Source of the DNA: Acidobacteriota bacterium
GTDB taxonomy: Bacteria > Acidobacteriota > CAIWXX01
DNA: 64,000 nucleotides
Assembly (NCBI GenBank): GCA_040755995.1
Contig: JBFMAF010000013.1
Location: 757-64,756, forward strand
Reading direction: 5' to 3'
A program made the position numbers and the translations under genes. Within the stretch, counting starts at the first letter, position 1. The number at the start of each line of letters is the position of its first letter. The notes beneath the pieces were generated by a model. The model saw nothing but the letters and a program-made list of their open reading frames with translations. It did no database searches and was not told where the DNA came from. Below are positions 47,508 to 57,839 of this stretch, piece after piece.

Positions 47508-49571
47508 CTAGTCCAGGACCTGCTGGCTCAACGTGCGCAATCGCGCCTCGAACAACCGCGGATCGGCATCGCCGTAACGAGCGGCGTAGTATAGCTCGGC
47601 AAGCTCCCGGCAGGCTGCGCGTCGCCCGTCCCCGGGAAACCGCCGGGCGAATTCGAGCGGCGTCTCGGCTTCGAGCTTGTGGTACCCACGCCGCTCGGCT
47701 TCTCGAAGGAATCGGACGTACGCTCGGGCCACTCTCCCGATCCTGCGAGACTCGACCGGCGCCACCCCCTCCAGCCTGAGCGGCTTGCGTGAGCTGAGCG
47801 TGAAGAACAGCAGGGCCGCGGCGCAGATCGCGGCGACGGCCACGGCGGCGGCCCGCCGCGGGATCGTGGGGGCCTGCAGGTAGGACCGGCTCCTGTCGAG
47901 AGTCTCCTGCAAAGCGCCCCTCATGCGCTGCACCGCCTGGCTCACCTCCATGATCACATAGAACTGGTCCCAGAGATTGTAGGTGAGCACGTAGCGGTCC
48001 CAGTAGAGCTTGTACGAATCCCAGTAGTTGCGAATCATGCCGATGAGCGAGAACGGGCTCTCGGCAACGGTCTCGACGGCGCCAGGCGTCGGATCGAACC
48101 GGATCCAGCCGCTGCCCGGGAAGTGCGCCTCGACCCAGGCGTGCGCGTCCAACTGGCGGACGACGTAGAAGTTGCCGGTTGAATTGAACTCGCCCCCGAG
48201 GAATCCCGATACCACCACGGCAGGGATGCCGACGGAGCGGCAGAGGAGCGCCATGGAGGTGGCGAAGTACTCGCAGTGGCCCAGCTTCTGGTTGAACAGG
48301 AAATCGTCGACCACGCTCAGCGACTCGTCGCGCGCGGGGAGATCGAGCGTGTAGGCGTAGTTGGACCGGAGGTACTCCTCGATTTTTCTACAAGCGTCGT
48401 AGTTCGTGGCGGCGCCCTGGGTGATCTGCTGGGCGAACGGAGCGAGACGCTCCTCGCCGGGCGGCATCTTCAACTGCTCGATGTCCGCGCGCGGCCCTGG
48501 GGCGTCCGGCACCGATGCCGGCCGCTCGGGTAGCTCGGCCGATTCGACGTACGACATCCTGTAGTAGCGCTGGTAGCGGGAGTATATCGTGCTCCCGTCT
48601 GTCTCGAGCCAGAAGAAGCGGCCCCGGAGCGTCAGCGGACGCCCGGCTACGAACACCACCTCGGAATCCATCGGCTCGACGACGAACTCGAACTCCACCC
48701 TCGGTCCGTCGTGGCGCGGTCGCTGGATCGGGTGCGTGTCTTCGCCTATCCTGGTGACCATCGACCGCCGCTGCGCCCGCTGCCACTGCCTGCCGTCGTA
48801 GGACGAGTAGGTGATCCCCGTCCAGTAGATGGGCCTGTCGAGCGGGCCATCGCCGTCGAGCCGTTTCACGCGCATGACGACGGACGGATCTTTCTTTATA
48901 GAGCCGATCCGGTCCAGCATCACGCGGTCTGAGAAGCCCGAGACGATCTGCGATTCCGCCCGCAGGCGCTGGAAATACCCCATGCTGAGCCGCGGTATCA
49001 GGAAGAAGATGAGGATTGCCAGCGCGGCGGAGCCCGCCGTCATGACCGCACTGAGACGCAGCACCGGTGGAGCCTCGGCGGTTTCGCCGCCATCTTTCAA
49101 TGACGCCATCGCCATTAGCAGCACCAGACCGATGACGACAAAGGCGAGCAGGCCCGGAAGCAAAGTGGCCTCGGTGGTCAGCACGGAGGCCGCGAGGAGC
49201 TGGAAGAACGAGATCGCGATCAACTGGTACCGGTCGCGGTCGGCATGGCGGTCGAAGAGCTTGGCGAGCTGCAGGAAGTACAGCAGCCTCGCTATGGGCC
49301 CGATGATCTCGTGGCTCGCCGCGAAGTCCAGGAAGAGAACAGGGAGGTAGAGCAGCGAGAGCCCGTTCCAAACCCGGCGAAGAAGAACCTGGCGGCGCAC
49401 CAGGTAGCCGCGATCCAGGGCCACGACGAAGAGCGGTACATACAGCGCCGCTTGGAAGAGGAACTTGGCAGGGTCCGACGTGAATAGAGTCACGGCGGAG
49501 GCGAGGGCGAGTGCCAGCAGCGCCGGATCGACGATGAGATCGCTTCGACGGAGCAGGTGCGGCAGGGCCAT
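47508..49571 (-). CDS. transglutaminase-like domain membrane protein (TgpA-like; DUF3488 + TGase core)
   Basis: N-terminal TM bundle. Core C-H-D: GHCEYFATSMALLCRSVGIPA...DAHAWVEAHFPGSGWIRFDPT. ATG at 49571 (MALPHLL), or at 49613 inside the heptamer repeat. Confidence 0.75.
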   Translation of the reverse strand: MALPHLLRRSDLIVDPALLALALASAVTLFTSDPAKFLFQAALYVPLFVVALDRGYLVRRQVLLRRVWNGLSLLYLPVLFLDFAASHEIIGPIARLLYFLQLAKLFDRHADRDRYQLIAISFFQLLAASVLTTEATLLPGLLAFVVIGLVLLMAMASLKDGGETAEAPPVLRLSAVMTAGSAALAILIFFLIPRLSMGYFQRLRAESQIVSGFSDRVMLDRIGSIKKDPSVVMRVKRLDGDGPLDRPIYWTGITYSSYDGRQWQRAQRRSMVTRIGEDTHPIQRPRHDGPRVEFEFVVEPMDSEVVFVAGRPLTLRGRFFWLETDGSTIYSRYQRYYRMSYVESAELPERPASVPDAPGPRADIEQLKMPPGEERLAPFAQQITQGAATNYDACRKIEEYLRSNYAYTLDLPARDESLSVVDDFLFNQKLGHCEYFATSMALLCRSVGIPAVVVSGFLGGEFNSTGNFYVVRQLDAHAWVEAHFPGSGWIRFDPTPGAVETVAESPFSLIGMIRNYWDSYKLYWDRYVLTYNLWDQFYVIMEVSQAVQRMRGALQETLDRSRSYLQAPTIPRRAAAVAVAAICAAALLFFTLSSRKPLRLEGVAPVESRRIGRVARAYVRFLREAERRGYHKLEAETPLEFARRFPGDGRRAACRELAELYYAARYGDADPRLFEARLRTLSQQVLD

Positions 49572-49598
49572 GACGCTCAACCTCTGCCGGCCCGGCAG

Positions 49599-49633
49599 CG
49601 GATTCCGCATTCCGCATTCCGCATTCCGCAATC
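49599..49633. repeat. tandem heptamer (CGGATTC CGCATTC CGCATTC CGCATTC CGCAATC) at the DUF58-TgpA junction
   Basis: Direct reading. On the coding (minus) strand the unit GAATGCG contains an ATG in every unit. Confidence 0.8.
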
Positions 49634-49683
49634 CCAAGGACGAGAGCGCACGACAGGCGCATGCGGAACGGCCACACGCGCCA

Positions 49684-50838
49684 TTACTGTGCCCCTTCGA
49701 CGTGGCGGTCGGCAGGGGCGACGCGGTAGGCCTTGAACGGCAGGCCGGCGGACCCCGTTCGCGCCGAGAAGAAGATGGGTATCGATCCTCCAATGGCGTC
49801 GCTCGACTGCGAGCGACAGAACTCGAGCCCGCGCTCGACCGGGCAATAGGGGAGGAGTGCCAGGTGGCGCTGCGCGGCCGAGTAGTGACCGGGGCCGGCC
49901 CCGAAGGGCAGCCTTCCGGCGGTTGTGACAAGCTGGTAGCTCATGAGCTCGCGGTGCAAGTAGTCTACGATCGAGGCCGCCAGCGAGATCTGTGTCTCCA
50001 GATCGTCCTCCTGCTCTTTCGAGACAGCGGAGGCATCGACGAGGATCGTCACCCGCACGTTGACGTTCACAAGGAAATCGCGCGCCATGACCTTGGCAAC
50101 CCGGCTCGACGCCTTCCAGTCGATGATCCGCGCGCTCTCACCCGGCGCGTACTCGCGGATCTGGTAGAGATCTTCACCAAGCCCCTTGAAGACAGCTGCA
50201 TACTCGCCGTGCCCGCCCTCACGCTCCGGGAAAAACGGAACGATTCTCTCGATCTTCGGGTAGACCACTATCTTCTCGGGCGAGCGAATCCGCTTGTACC
50301 GCATGAAGAATCCGAACGGATAGTGGCTGCGCAGCTCCAGCGGCGCTCTGGGCACCTCGCCGCGCTTCGGGTGTACGCTCTCGATCATCAGCGTGCGCGA
50401 GGATCGCGTGCCCAGATACGGCAGGTAGGCGGGCTCCGTGGCGGTCTCGGTAGCCGCGCGCACGGACACCGTTGGGAACAGGCGTTTCTCGTTCTTGACG
50501 GCGATCGACTCCACGTACGGTGTCGTCGCGTAGATCGCGGTCGGCGAGCTGCGGACTATGGAGAGCTTCCGCATGGATGCGCGACTGCTGATCCCCGAGA
50601 CCAACAGGGTCGCCAGCATCATCGAGAAGACGAGAAACAGGAGGTTGTTGCCGGTGTTCACGGCGGCCAGCCCGACAACGAGCGCCATGATCACGAATCG
50701 AAGACCGAATCCGGTTGGGCGCACCCGGCTCTCGGAGGACGGCCACCACAGCTCCGCCAATCGCGCCCGAATGCGACGGAGCGTCGCCGCCAAATCGGAT
50801 GTCTCCCGCGAAGCATCCGCATCGGGCCTGCGCGACAA
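49684..50838 (-). CDS. DUF58 (vWA-like) protein, MoxR partner
   Basis: Two N-terminal TM segments plus the DUF58 core (YQIREYAPGESARIIDWKASSRVAKVMARDF). Confidence 0.8.
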   Translation of the reverse strand: MSRRPDADASRETSDLAATLRRIRARLAELWWPSSESRVRPTGFGLRFVIMALVVGLAAVNTGNNLLFLVFSMMLATLLVSGISSRASMRKLSIVRSSPTAIYATTPYVESIAVKNEKRLFPTVSVRAATETATEPAYLPYLGTRSSRTLMIESVHPKRGEVPRAPLELRSHYPFGFFMRYKRIRSPEKIVVYPKIERIVPFFPEREGGHGEYAAVFKGLGEDLYQIREYAPGESARIIDWKASSRVAKVMARDFLVNVNVRVTILVDASAVSKEQEDDLETQISLAASIVDYLHRELMSYQLVTTAGRLPFGAGPGHYSAAQRHLALLPYCPVERGLEFCRSQSSDAIGGSIPIFFSARTGSAGLPFKAYRVAPADRHVEGAQ

Positions 50839-50887
50839 CGTGATCCTCCTTCGTGGAACCCGGCCGGCTGCGGTCCGGAAGTTCTCC

Positions 50888-51847
50888 TCAGATCGGGACC
50901 GGCGTCCTGTCTACGATCCTCAGGATCTCGCTCTCCGCCGCCTCGCGCCTCTCCTTCTCATTCCCATACTGCGAGAACGTCCGCACTCTGTGAGCCAGCA
51001 CCGGAACGGCCATCGCCTTGACGTCGTCAGGTGTGGCGTAGTCGCGCCCGTAGAGGACCGACCGCGCCTGGCATGCGCGATAGCAGATGAGCGAGCCGCG
51101 GGGGCTCACGCCCAGCGCGAATACGTGGCTCGAACGAGTCTCACGCACGATCCGTGTCATGTAGTCCAGCAGCGAGTCCTCGACTCTCACCCGCTTCACC
51201 ATCTCCTGCAGCTCCAGCACCTCCTCCTTGGTGAGCACCGGCCGCAGGTCGTCGATCGGGTGATGAGACACCTGCGACCGGACAATCTCCTTCTCCATGT
51301 CCTGCTCCGGATAGCCCATTCGCACCTGCAGATGGAACCTGTCCAGCTGCGACTCGGGCAGCGGGAAGGTGCCGTGGAAGTCGATCGGGTTCTGGGTGGC
51401 GATTACCATGAAGGGCTGGCTTAGAGTGTACGTCCGGCTGTCGATCGAGACCTGCGTGTCCGACATCGCTTCAAGCAGCGCGCTCTGTGTCTTCGGCGTC
51501 GTCCGGTTTATCTCATCTACGAGGATGATGTTCGAGAAAACCGGGCCCGGTTTGAATTCGAAGCCGGCCGTCTGCTGGTTGAAGACATTCACCCCGAGGA
51601 TGTCGCTCGGCAGCAAGTCTGATGTGAATTGAATCCTGTGGAAAGTAGCGGAAATCGACTTCGCCAGCGAGGAGGCGAGCATCGTCTTGCCCACTCCGGG
51701 GATATCCTCGATCAACAGGTGGCCGCGCGCAAGGAGCGTCGCCACGGCGACCTCCACCACGCTCCGCTTTCCCTTGATCACCGTTTCAATATTCGATATC
51801 AACCGGGAGAGTTTCTTCTGGCCTTCTCTGTGGTCCATCTTCATCAC
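50888..51847 (-). CDS. MoxR-family AAA+ ATPase
   Basis: GHLLIEDIPGVGKT Walker A, VDEINRTTPKTQSALLEAM, and the C-terminal helical domain. Confidence 0.9.
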   Translation of the reverse strand: MMKMDHREGQKKLSRLISNIETVIKGKRSVVEVAVATLLARGHLLIEDIPGVGKTMLASSLAKSISATFHRIQFTSDLLPSDILGVNVFNQQTAGFEFKPGPVFSNIILVDEINRTTPKTQSALLEAMSDTQVSIDSRTYTLSQPFMVIATQNPIDFHGTFPLPESQLDRFHLQVRMGYPEQDMEKEIVRSQVSHHPIDDLRPVLTKEEVLELQEMVKRVRVEDSLLDYMTRIVRETRSSHVFALGVSPRGSLICYRACQARSVLYGRDYATPDDVKAMAVPVLAHRVRTFSQYGNEKERREAAESEILRIVDRTPVPI

Positions 51848-52103
51848 CGAATCATCGATGCGTTGTTTGCAATCGAGTACTCCTCTTTGTCCACATTATA
51901 CTGCCGTCGAACAGAACATCAACCCCGGGCTCCACTGCGCCCTGGTTTCGGTCCTCTGGGCAAGTGGCCGTGCTCTGCTGCGCGCCGTGTGTCACTATCC
52001 GAAGTACCCGGCGACGGTCCGTTGGTATTCCACGGCAGGGCGGGATCACGGAGATCCAAAGGCATGTATTGAAAGTTGAGTGTCTTATGCTAAGATTTTA
52101 TGC

Positions 52104-52132
52104 TTGACAGATGCTCATTTAGTTGCTATATT
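52104..52132 (+). promoter_or_regulatory. sigma70-type promoter of groES-groEL (TTGACA-17-TATATT)
   Basis: Read directly. About 35 bp upstream of the AGGAGG RBS. No CIRCE inverted repeat was seen. Confidence 0.55.
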
Positions 52133-52164
52133 AGGGTCTTGATATTTTTAGGAGGTGAGACTAC

Positions 52165-54107
<1,943 letters not shown>

Positions 54108-54164
54108 AAACACGCAGTGCACCTGCGGCGGCGGGCGGGTGCGCGTGGCACAGGACGTACGCGG

Positions 54165-54202
54165 GCGGGAAGAGGCGCGCGCCTCTTCCCGCTCTGCATT
54201 TT
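54165..54202 (+). terminator. putative intrinsic terminator after groEL
   Basis: GGGAAGAGGCGC/GCGCCTCTTCCC stem followed by GCTCTGCATTTT. Confidence 0.5.
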
Positions 54203-54225
54203 GGCGCGACGGCCGTGGGGCGAAG

Positions 54226-54593
54226 TGAAGCGAAGAGCGTTCGAAAAGCTGGTTGCAGAGGCGCTGGCAGAGATCCCCGAAGAGCTCGCCCGGAGGCTCG
54301 AGAACGTCGATGTCGTGATCGAAGACGAGCCGGACCCGGAGCTCCTGGAGGAGATGGGGATGGACCCGGAGACCTCGACGCTCTTCGGGCTCTACCAGGG
54401 CGTGCCTCTCACGCAGCGGGACTCGCGCTACGGCCTGGTCCTGCCCGACAAGATAACGATCTTCCGTTTTCCGATCGAAGACGAGTGCGAGTCGGCCGAG
54501 CAGATCAAGGCCGAGATCAGGCGAACGGTAGTGCACGAGATCGCCCACCATTTCGGCATCTCCGACGCGCGGCTCCGCGAGCTGGGGTACTGA
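54226..54593 (+). CDS. small zincin-like metallopeptidase family protein (HExxH)
   Basis: TVVHEIAHHFGISDARLRELGY at the C-terminus. Minimal zincin fold (DUF1025/Zincin_1-like). GTG start assumed. Confidence 0.5.
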
Positions 54594-54827
54594 AACCGGT
54601 CCTGCCGAACCTGCCCACGATTCAGTATTCAACCCAGACCTGTTCGTCCTCCCACACGGAGAACTCCGCTGCCCTGACCGGTTTGCGGCGATACCCCTCG
54701 CGCTGCCTGGCCTCGAGTTCCGCGACGCTGCTCCTACCTGAGGGCTTCAGGTCTCCCTGCGTAGACGCCGAGCGCGATGCCCTCAGTCGCTTCGTCGCCT
54801 TGACCGGTGCGGCAACGAGGTCCCTGC

Positions 54828-56792
54828 TCACCAGTCGTCGAAGCCGTTGCAGTTGGAGTCCTTGTGGTCGGCTGGGGCTTCGAACGCGCCCGGGTGGACG
54901 CTGGCGTCGTTATCGTTGCAATCGGAGCCGCGAATATCACCCAGGTACTGGCTGGCGTACTTGTCTCCGTCCACGTCGTACACCTTCAGCGTGTTGCTCG
55001 TGGTCGTCGCGCCGAGATTGTCGGTGGCCGTTCCAACGATCGTGAACACCCCGGCCTGCGCGTACGTGTGCGAATAGGCGGTGCCGGGCGTTATCGATCC
55101 AGATGCGCCGTCGCCGAAATCGAGCGTGGCTGATGCAACGTAACCATCGCTGTCGCTGGCCGTGAGGATTACGACCACTTTGAGCGGGTTCTGCGAACCA
55201 CCCCCCGTCGCAGACAGAATGGCAGACGGCGGCTGGTTGGGGAGCGTGACCTTGATCTGCTGCGTTTCGGTATCGGTCGCCCCCTTGTTGTCCGTGACCT
55301 TCAACACGGCGCTGTACGTGCCGTTGGCAGAGTACTTGTGGGTCGTGGTGGCGCCGCTGGCCTTCGCGGAGTTGTCCCCGAAGTCCCATTCGTACGCGAT
55401 GATCGTGCCATCGGGGTCGGTCGAGGCTGTTCCGTTTAATGCGAAGGTCGTGTTTGTATCACCCTGCGTCGGAGTCACGGTGAAGCTCGCAACGGGCGGC
55501 TTGTTGGGACCCGTGACGTTGATGAATGCCTCGGCCGTTCCCGTCAGATCGTCGTCGTCGGTCACCGTGAGCCTGCAGAGGTAGTTGCCCTCGCGCTGGT
55601 AGGTATGGCTGATGATTACTCCGGTTCCCTTCTGCCCGTCCCCGAACGTCCATTCCCAGCTCACGATGCTGCCGTCAGCGTCGCTGCTGTTCGAGCCGTC
55701 GAGAGAGGTCGTGAAAGGCACGGGCCCGGAGTTGGGATTGGCGGTGAACCTCGCCACGGGCGCCTGCTGGCCCGGGATCGGCGCGGGGGAGTAGATCATC
55801 TGCGCCGGCCCCACGGCTATCTCACCGCCGTCCACACCGTCGACGAAGACATGGTATCGTGCCGGTTCCAGGTTCTCCAGGTAGTACCGCTTGCTCACCT
55901 CGTTCTGCTTCAGATCGATCTGGGTGGTTTCGCCGTTCTGTTTGAGGTATGCCGACTGCCCCTTCACCTTGAACACAACTTCACCGCGGTCCTTGCCCAG
56001 TGGATCGCGACCGATCTTCTCCCAGGCAGCGTCGTCGGCGAGGAAAAGTGTCGAGAGCTTGTACACGGCGTCGTTCTCATCCTTGATGTCGAGGATCGGG
56101 CGCTTGCCCGTCACAAAGGGGCCGTGGCGCAATCCCAGGCGTATCTTCAGCCCGAGCACGAACTGCAGGATCGTCGGGTTCGACGCGCTCATCGGAATCA
56201 GGCCATCGTCCTTGGACGTCACGATGAGTAGCCTGGGATACTTGTTCATCAGCGTCGGATCGGCCCGGATTCGAGCCGCCGTGTTCTTGATGAGGGTGTA
56301 GAAGGCTGCGAAGTAGTTCGAACCCTTCTCCAGCGTGGGCTCGAGCTTGCCGCTCATGCCCGTGTACGTCAGCACCCCGCCGATGTCATGGGCATCCGCG
56401 TCGATACCGGATACCAGCGGACTGATGAGCACCGCCCGTGACACCATTGTCTCACGGATCGCCTTGTCCTTCAGGATCGCATCGAACACGGCGGTGGCCG
56501 CGACCGAGTGTGCGATGACGCCGATCTTCTGGTGATTGGACTTCTCGTAGGCCTCGCGGATCTCAGTTTTCACCGAAGCCGCGTACGCGGCGAACGACGT
56601 CGCCTTGAGATTGGGCTTCCCCACGATCGCCGACTGTCCGAGAACGGTGACCCATGTCTCGAATGCCGTGTCGGGATTCGAGTAGCCCAGGCCGCTCAGC
56701 AGAAGCACTTTCGACGGCATCGCCGCATGCGCCGCCGGATTGCTCAGGATCGCCAGCGTCAGAACCAGCGCAATCAACGCACCCTTCATCAC
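54828..56792 (-). CDS. secreted alpha/beta-hydrolase (lipase/esterase-like) with three PKD domains and a C-terminal Cys/Asp-rich motif
   Basis: Signal peptide. Nucleophile elbow GVIAHSVAAT. PKD repeats (WEWTFGDGQKG...SHTY, YEWDFGDNS...HKY, LDFGDGASG...SHTY). C-terminal DCNDNDASVHPG...DSNCNGFDD. Confidence 0.65.
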   Translation of the reverse strand: MMKGALIALVLTLAILSNPAAHAAMPSKVLLLSGLGYSNPDTAFETWVTVLGQSAIVGKPNLKATSFAAYAASVKTEIREAYEKSNHQKIGVIAHSVAATAVFDAILKDKAIRETMVSRAVLISPLVSGIDADAHDIGGVLTYTGMSGKLEPTLEKGSNYFAAFYTLIKNTAARIRADPTLMNKYPRLLIVTSKDDGLIPMSASNPTILQFVLGLKIRLGLRHGPFVTGKRPILDIKDENDAVYKLSTLFLADDAAWEKIGRDPLGKDRGEVVFKVKGQSAYLKQNGETTQIDLKQNEVSKRYYLENLEPARYHVFVDGVDGGEIAVGPAQMIYSPAPIPGQQAPVARFTANPNSGPVPFTTSLDGSNSSDADGSIVSWEWTFGDGQKGTGVIISHTYQREGNYLCRLTVTDDDDLTGTAEAFINVTGPNKPPVASFTVTPTQGDTNTTFALNGTASTDPDGTIIAYEWDFGDNSAKASGATTTHKYSANGTYSAVLKVTDNKGATDTETQQIKVTLPNQPPSAILSATGGGSQNPLKVVVILTASDSDGYVASATLDFGDGASGSITPGTAYSHTYAQAGVFTIVGTATDNLGATTTSNTLKVYDVDGDKYASQYLGDIRGSDCNDNDASVHPGAFEAPADHKDSNCNGFDDW

Positions 56793-57220
56793 GCCACCTC
56801 CTCGAAGTACCTCGGCTCATTATACCGGCTTGGCCCCGTCCCCCGCAACAGGCCTTGCGAACACGAACACCCTGAGCGTGGCCAGCCACTCCAACCCCGG
56901 AAGCGCCAAGACTGATTGTTCTTGACGAATGACCAGATGGGGCATATGTTGCGGTTCAAGATGGGATGCGTTGAAGGTCGAAGAGCATCGCAGGACGCGG
57001 CTGCCAGCCTCCGCCTCCTCTGGTGCTCTGATTCTTCTTCATTCCCATCCAACACGTCTTTTCCAGCCGTTCCCCAGAACGGGCACGAAGCTGGTGCCGT
57101 TGTTTCTGGACACGACTCCCATGTCGATTCAGGACTCGTCGGGGCCGCCGCGGAGCACGCCTTTCTGCTTCTGCGCAGATTCTGATCCACTCTGGCCATT
57201 GCCGTCGCCGAGGAGAATGC

Positions 57221-57469
57221 ATGGAGGGGATCATCCGGGCCTGGGGCCGCATCCTGAACGGCTACAAGCCGAATCTGTCGATAGAAGTCACGCGAGAATG
57301 CCCGCTTCGCTGCTCGCAATGCGGCTGCATGGCGGCTGCGGGGCTCGGAGCGGTTGGCCGCCACCGGCTGCCGGGCGGTGTGATGGTTGGGACGGTATTC
57401 GAGCTCTCCGAGCGAGTCGGCAGGAGGATGCGGAGAGTTCGAGAGCGGTTCGTCGCGGCAGCGACCTAG
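57221..57469 (+). CDS. possible small Cys-rich protein or remnant of a radical-SAM gene N-terminus (82 aa)
   Basis: AGGAG at 5 nt before the ATG. LSIEVTRECPLRCSQCGC carries a CxxxCxxC motif like the rSAM [4Fe-4S] signature, but the downstream sequence does not continue as a radical SAM domain. Confidence 0.25.
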   Translation: MEGIIRAWGRILNGYKPNLSIEVTRECPLRCSQCGCMAAAGLGAVGRHRLPGGVMVGTVFELSERVGRRMRRVRERFVAAAT

Positions 57470-57839
57470 TGGCTTTCTCGCAGGCGCTGGAAAGTCGAGA
57501 TCCGAGGGAGTCGCGTCCACCGGTCGAGCACCAGCCGACTCAGCCTCAGCAATTGCGGACTTCCCTTCGCGCTCCCGCAAGGCCCATGGCATCGAACATC
57601 CGTCCCAGACCGGCGCCCGGAACTGGTCTCCCCGGCTTCGTGAAAGCGAACTTGACACGCCGTGCCGCAGATCGCTATGTTTCACATGTCGCTCCGGGGA
57701 TGTCCGCCTGGGTGGGAGCGTCTCGCGCAGGCTGCCTTAGGGCACAACGTGGCCGCTCCAGGACAGGCGGTGGTTCCTTCGGCGCGGCTGCAGAAACGTT
57801 CCTTACAACATCGCGACCAACTTGGCAGGGGGGTGAACC

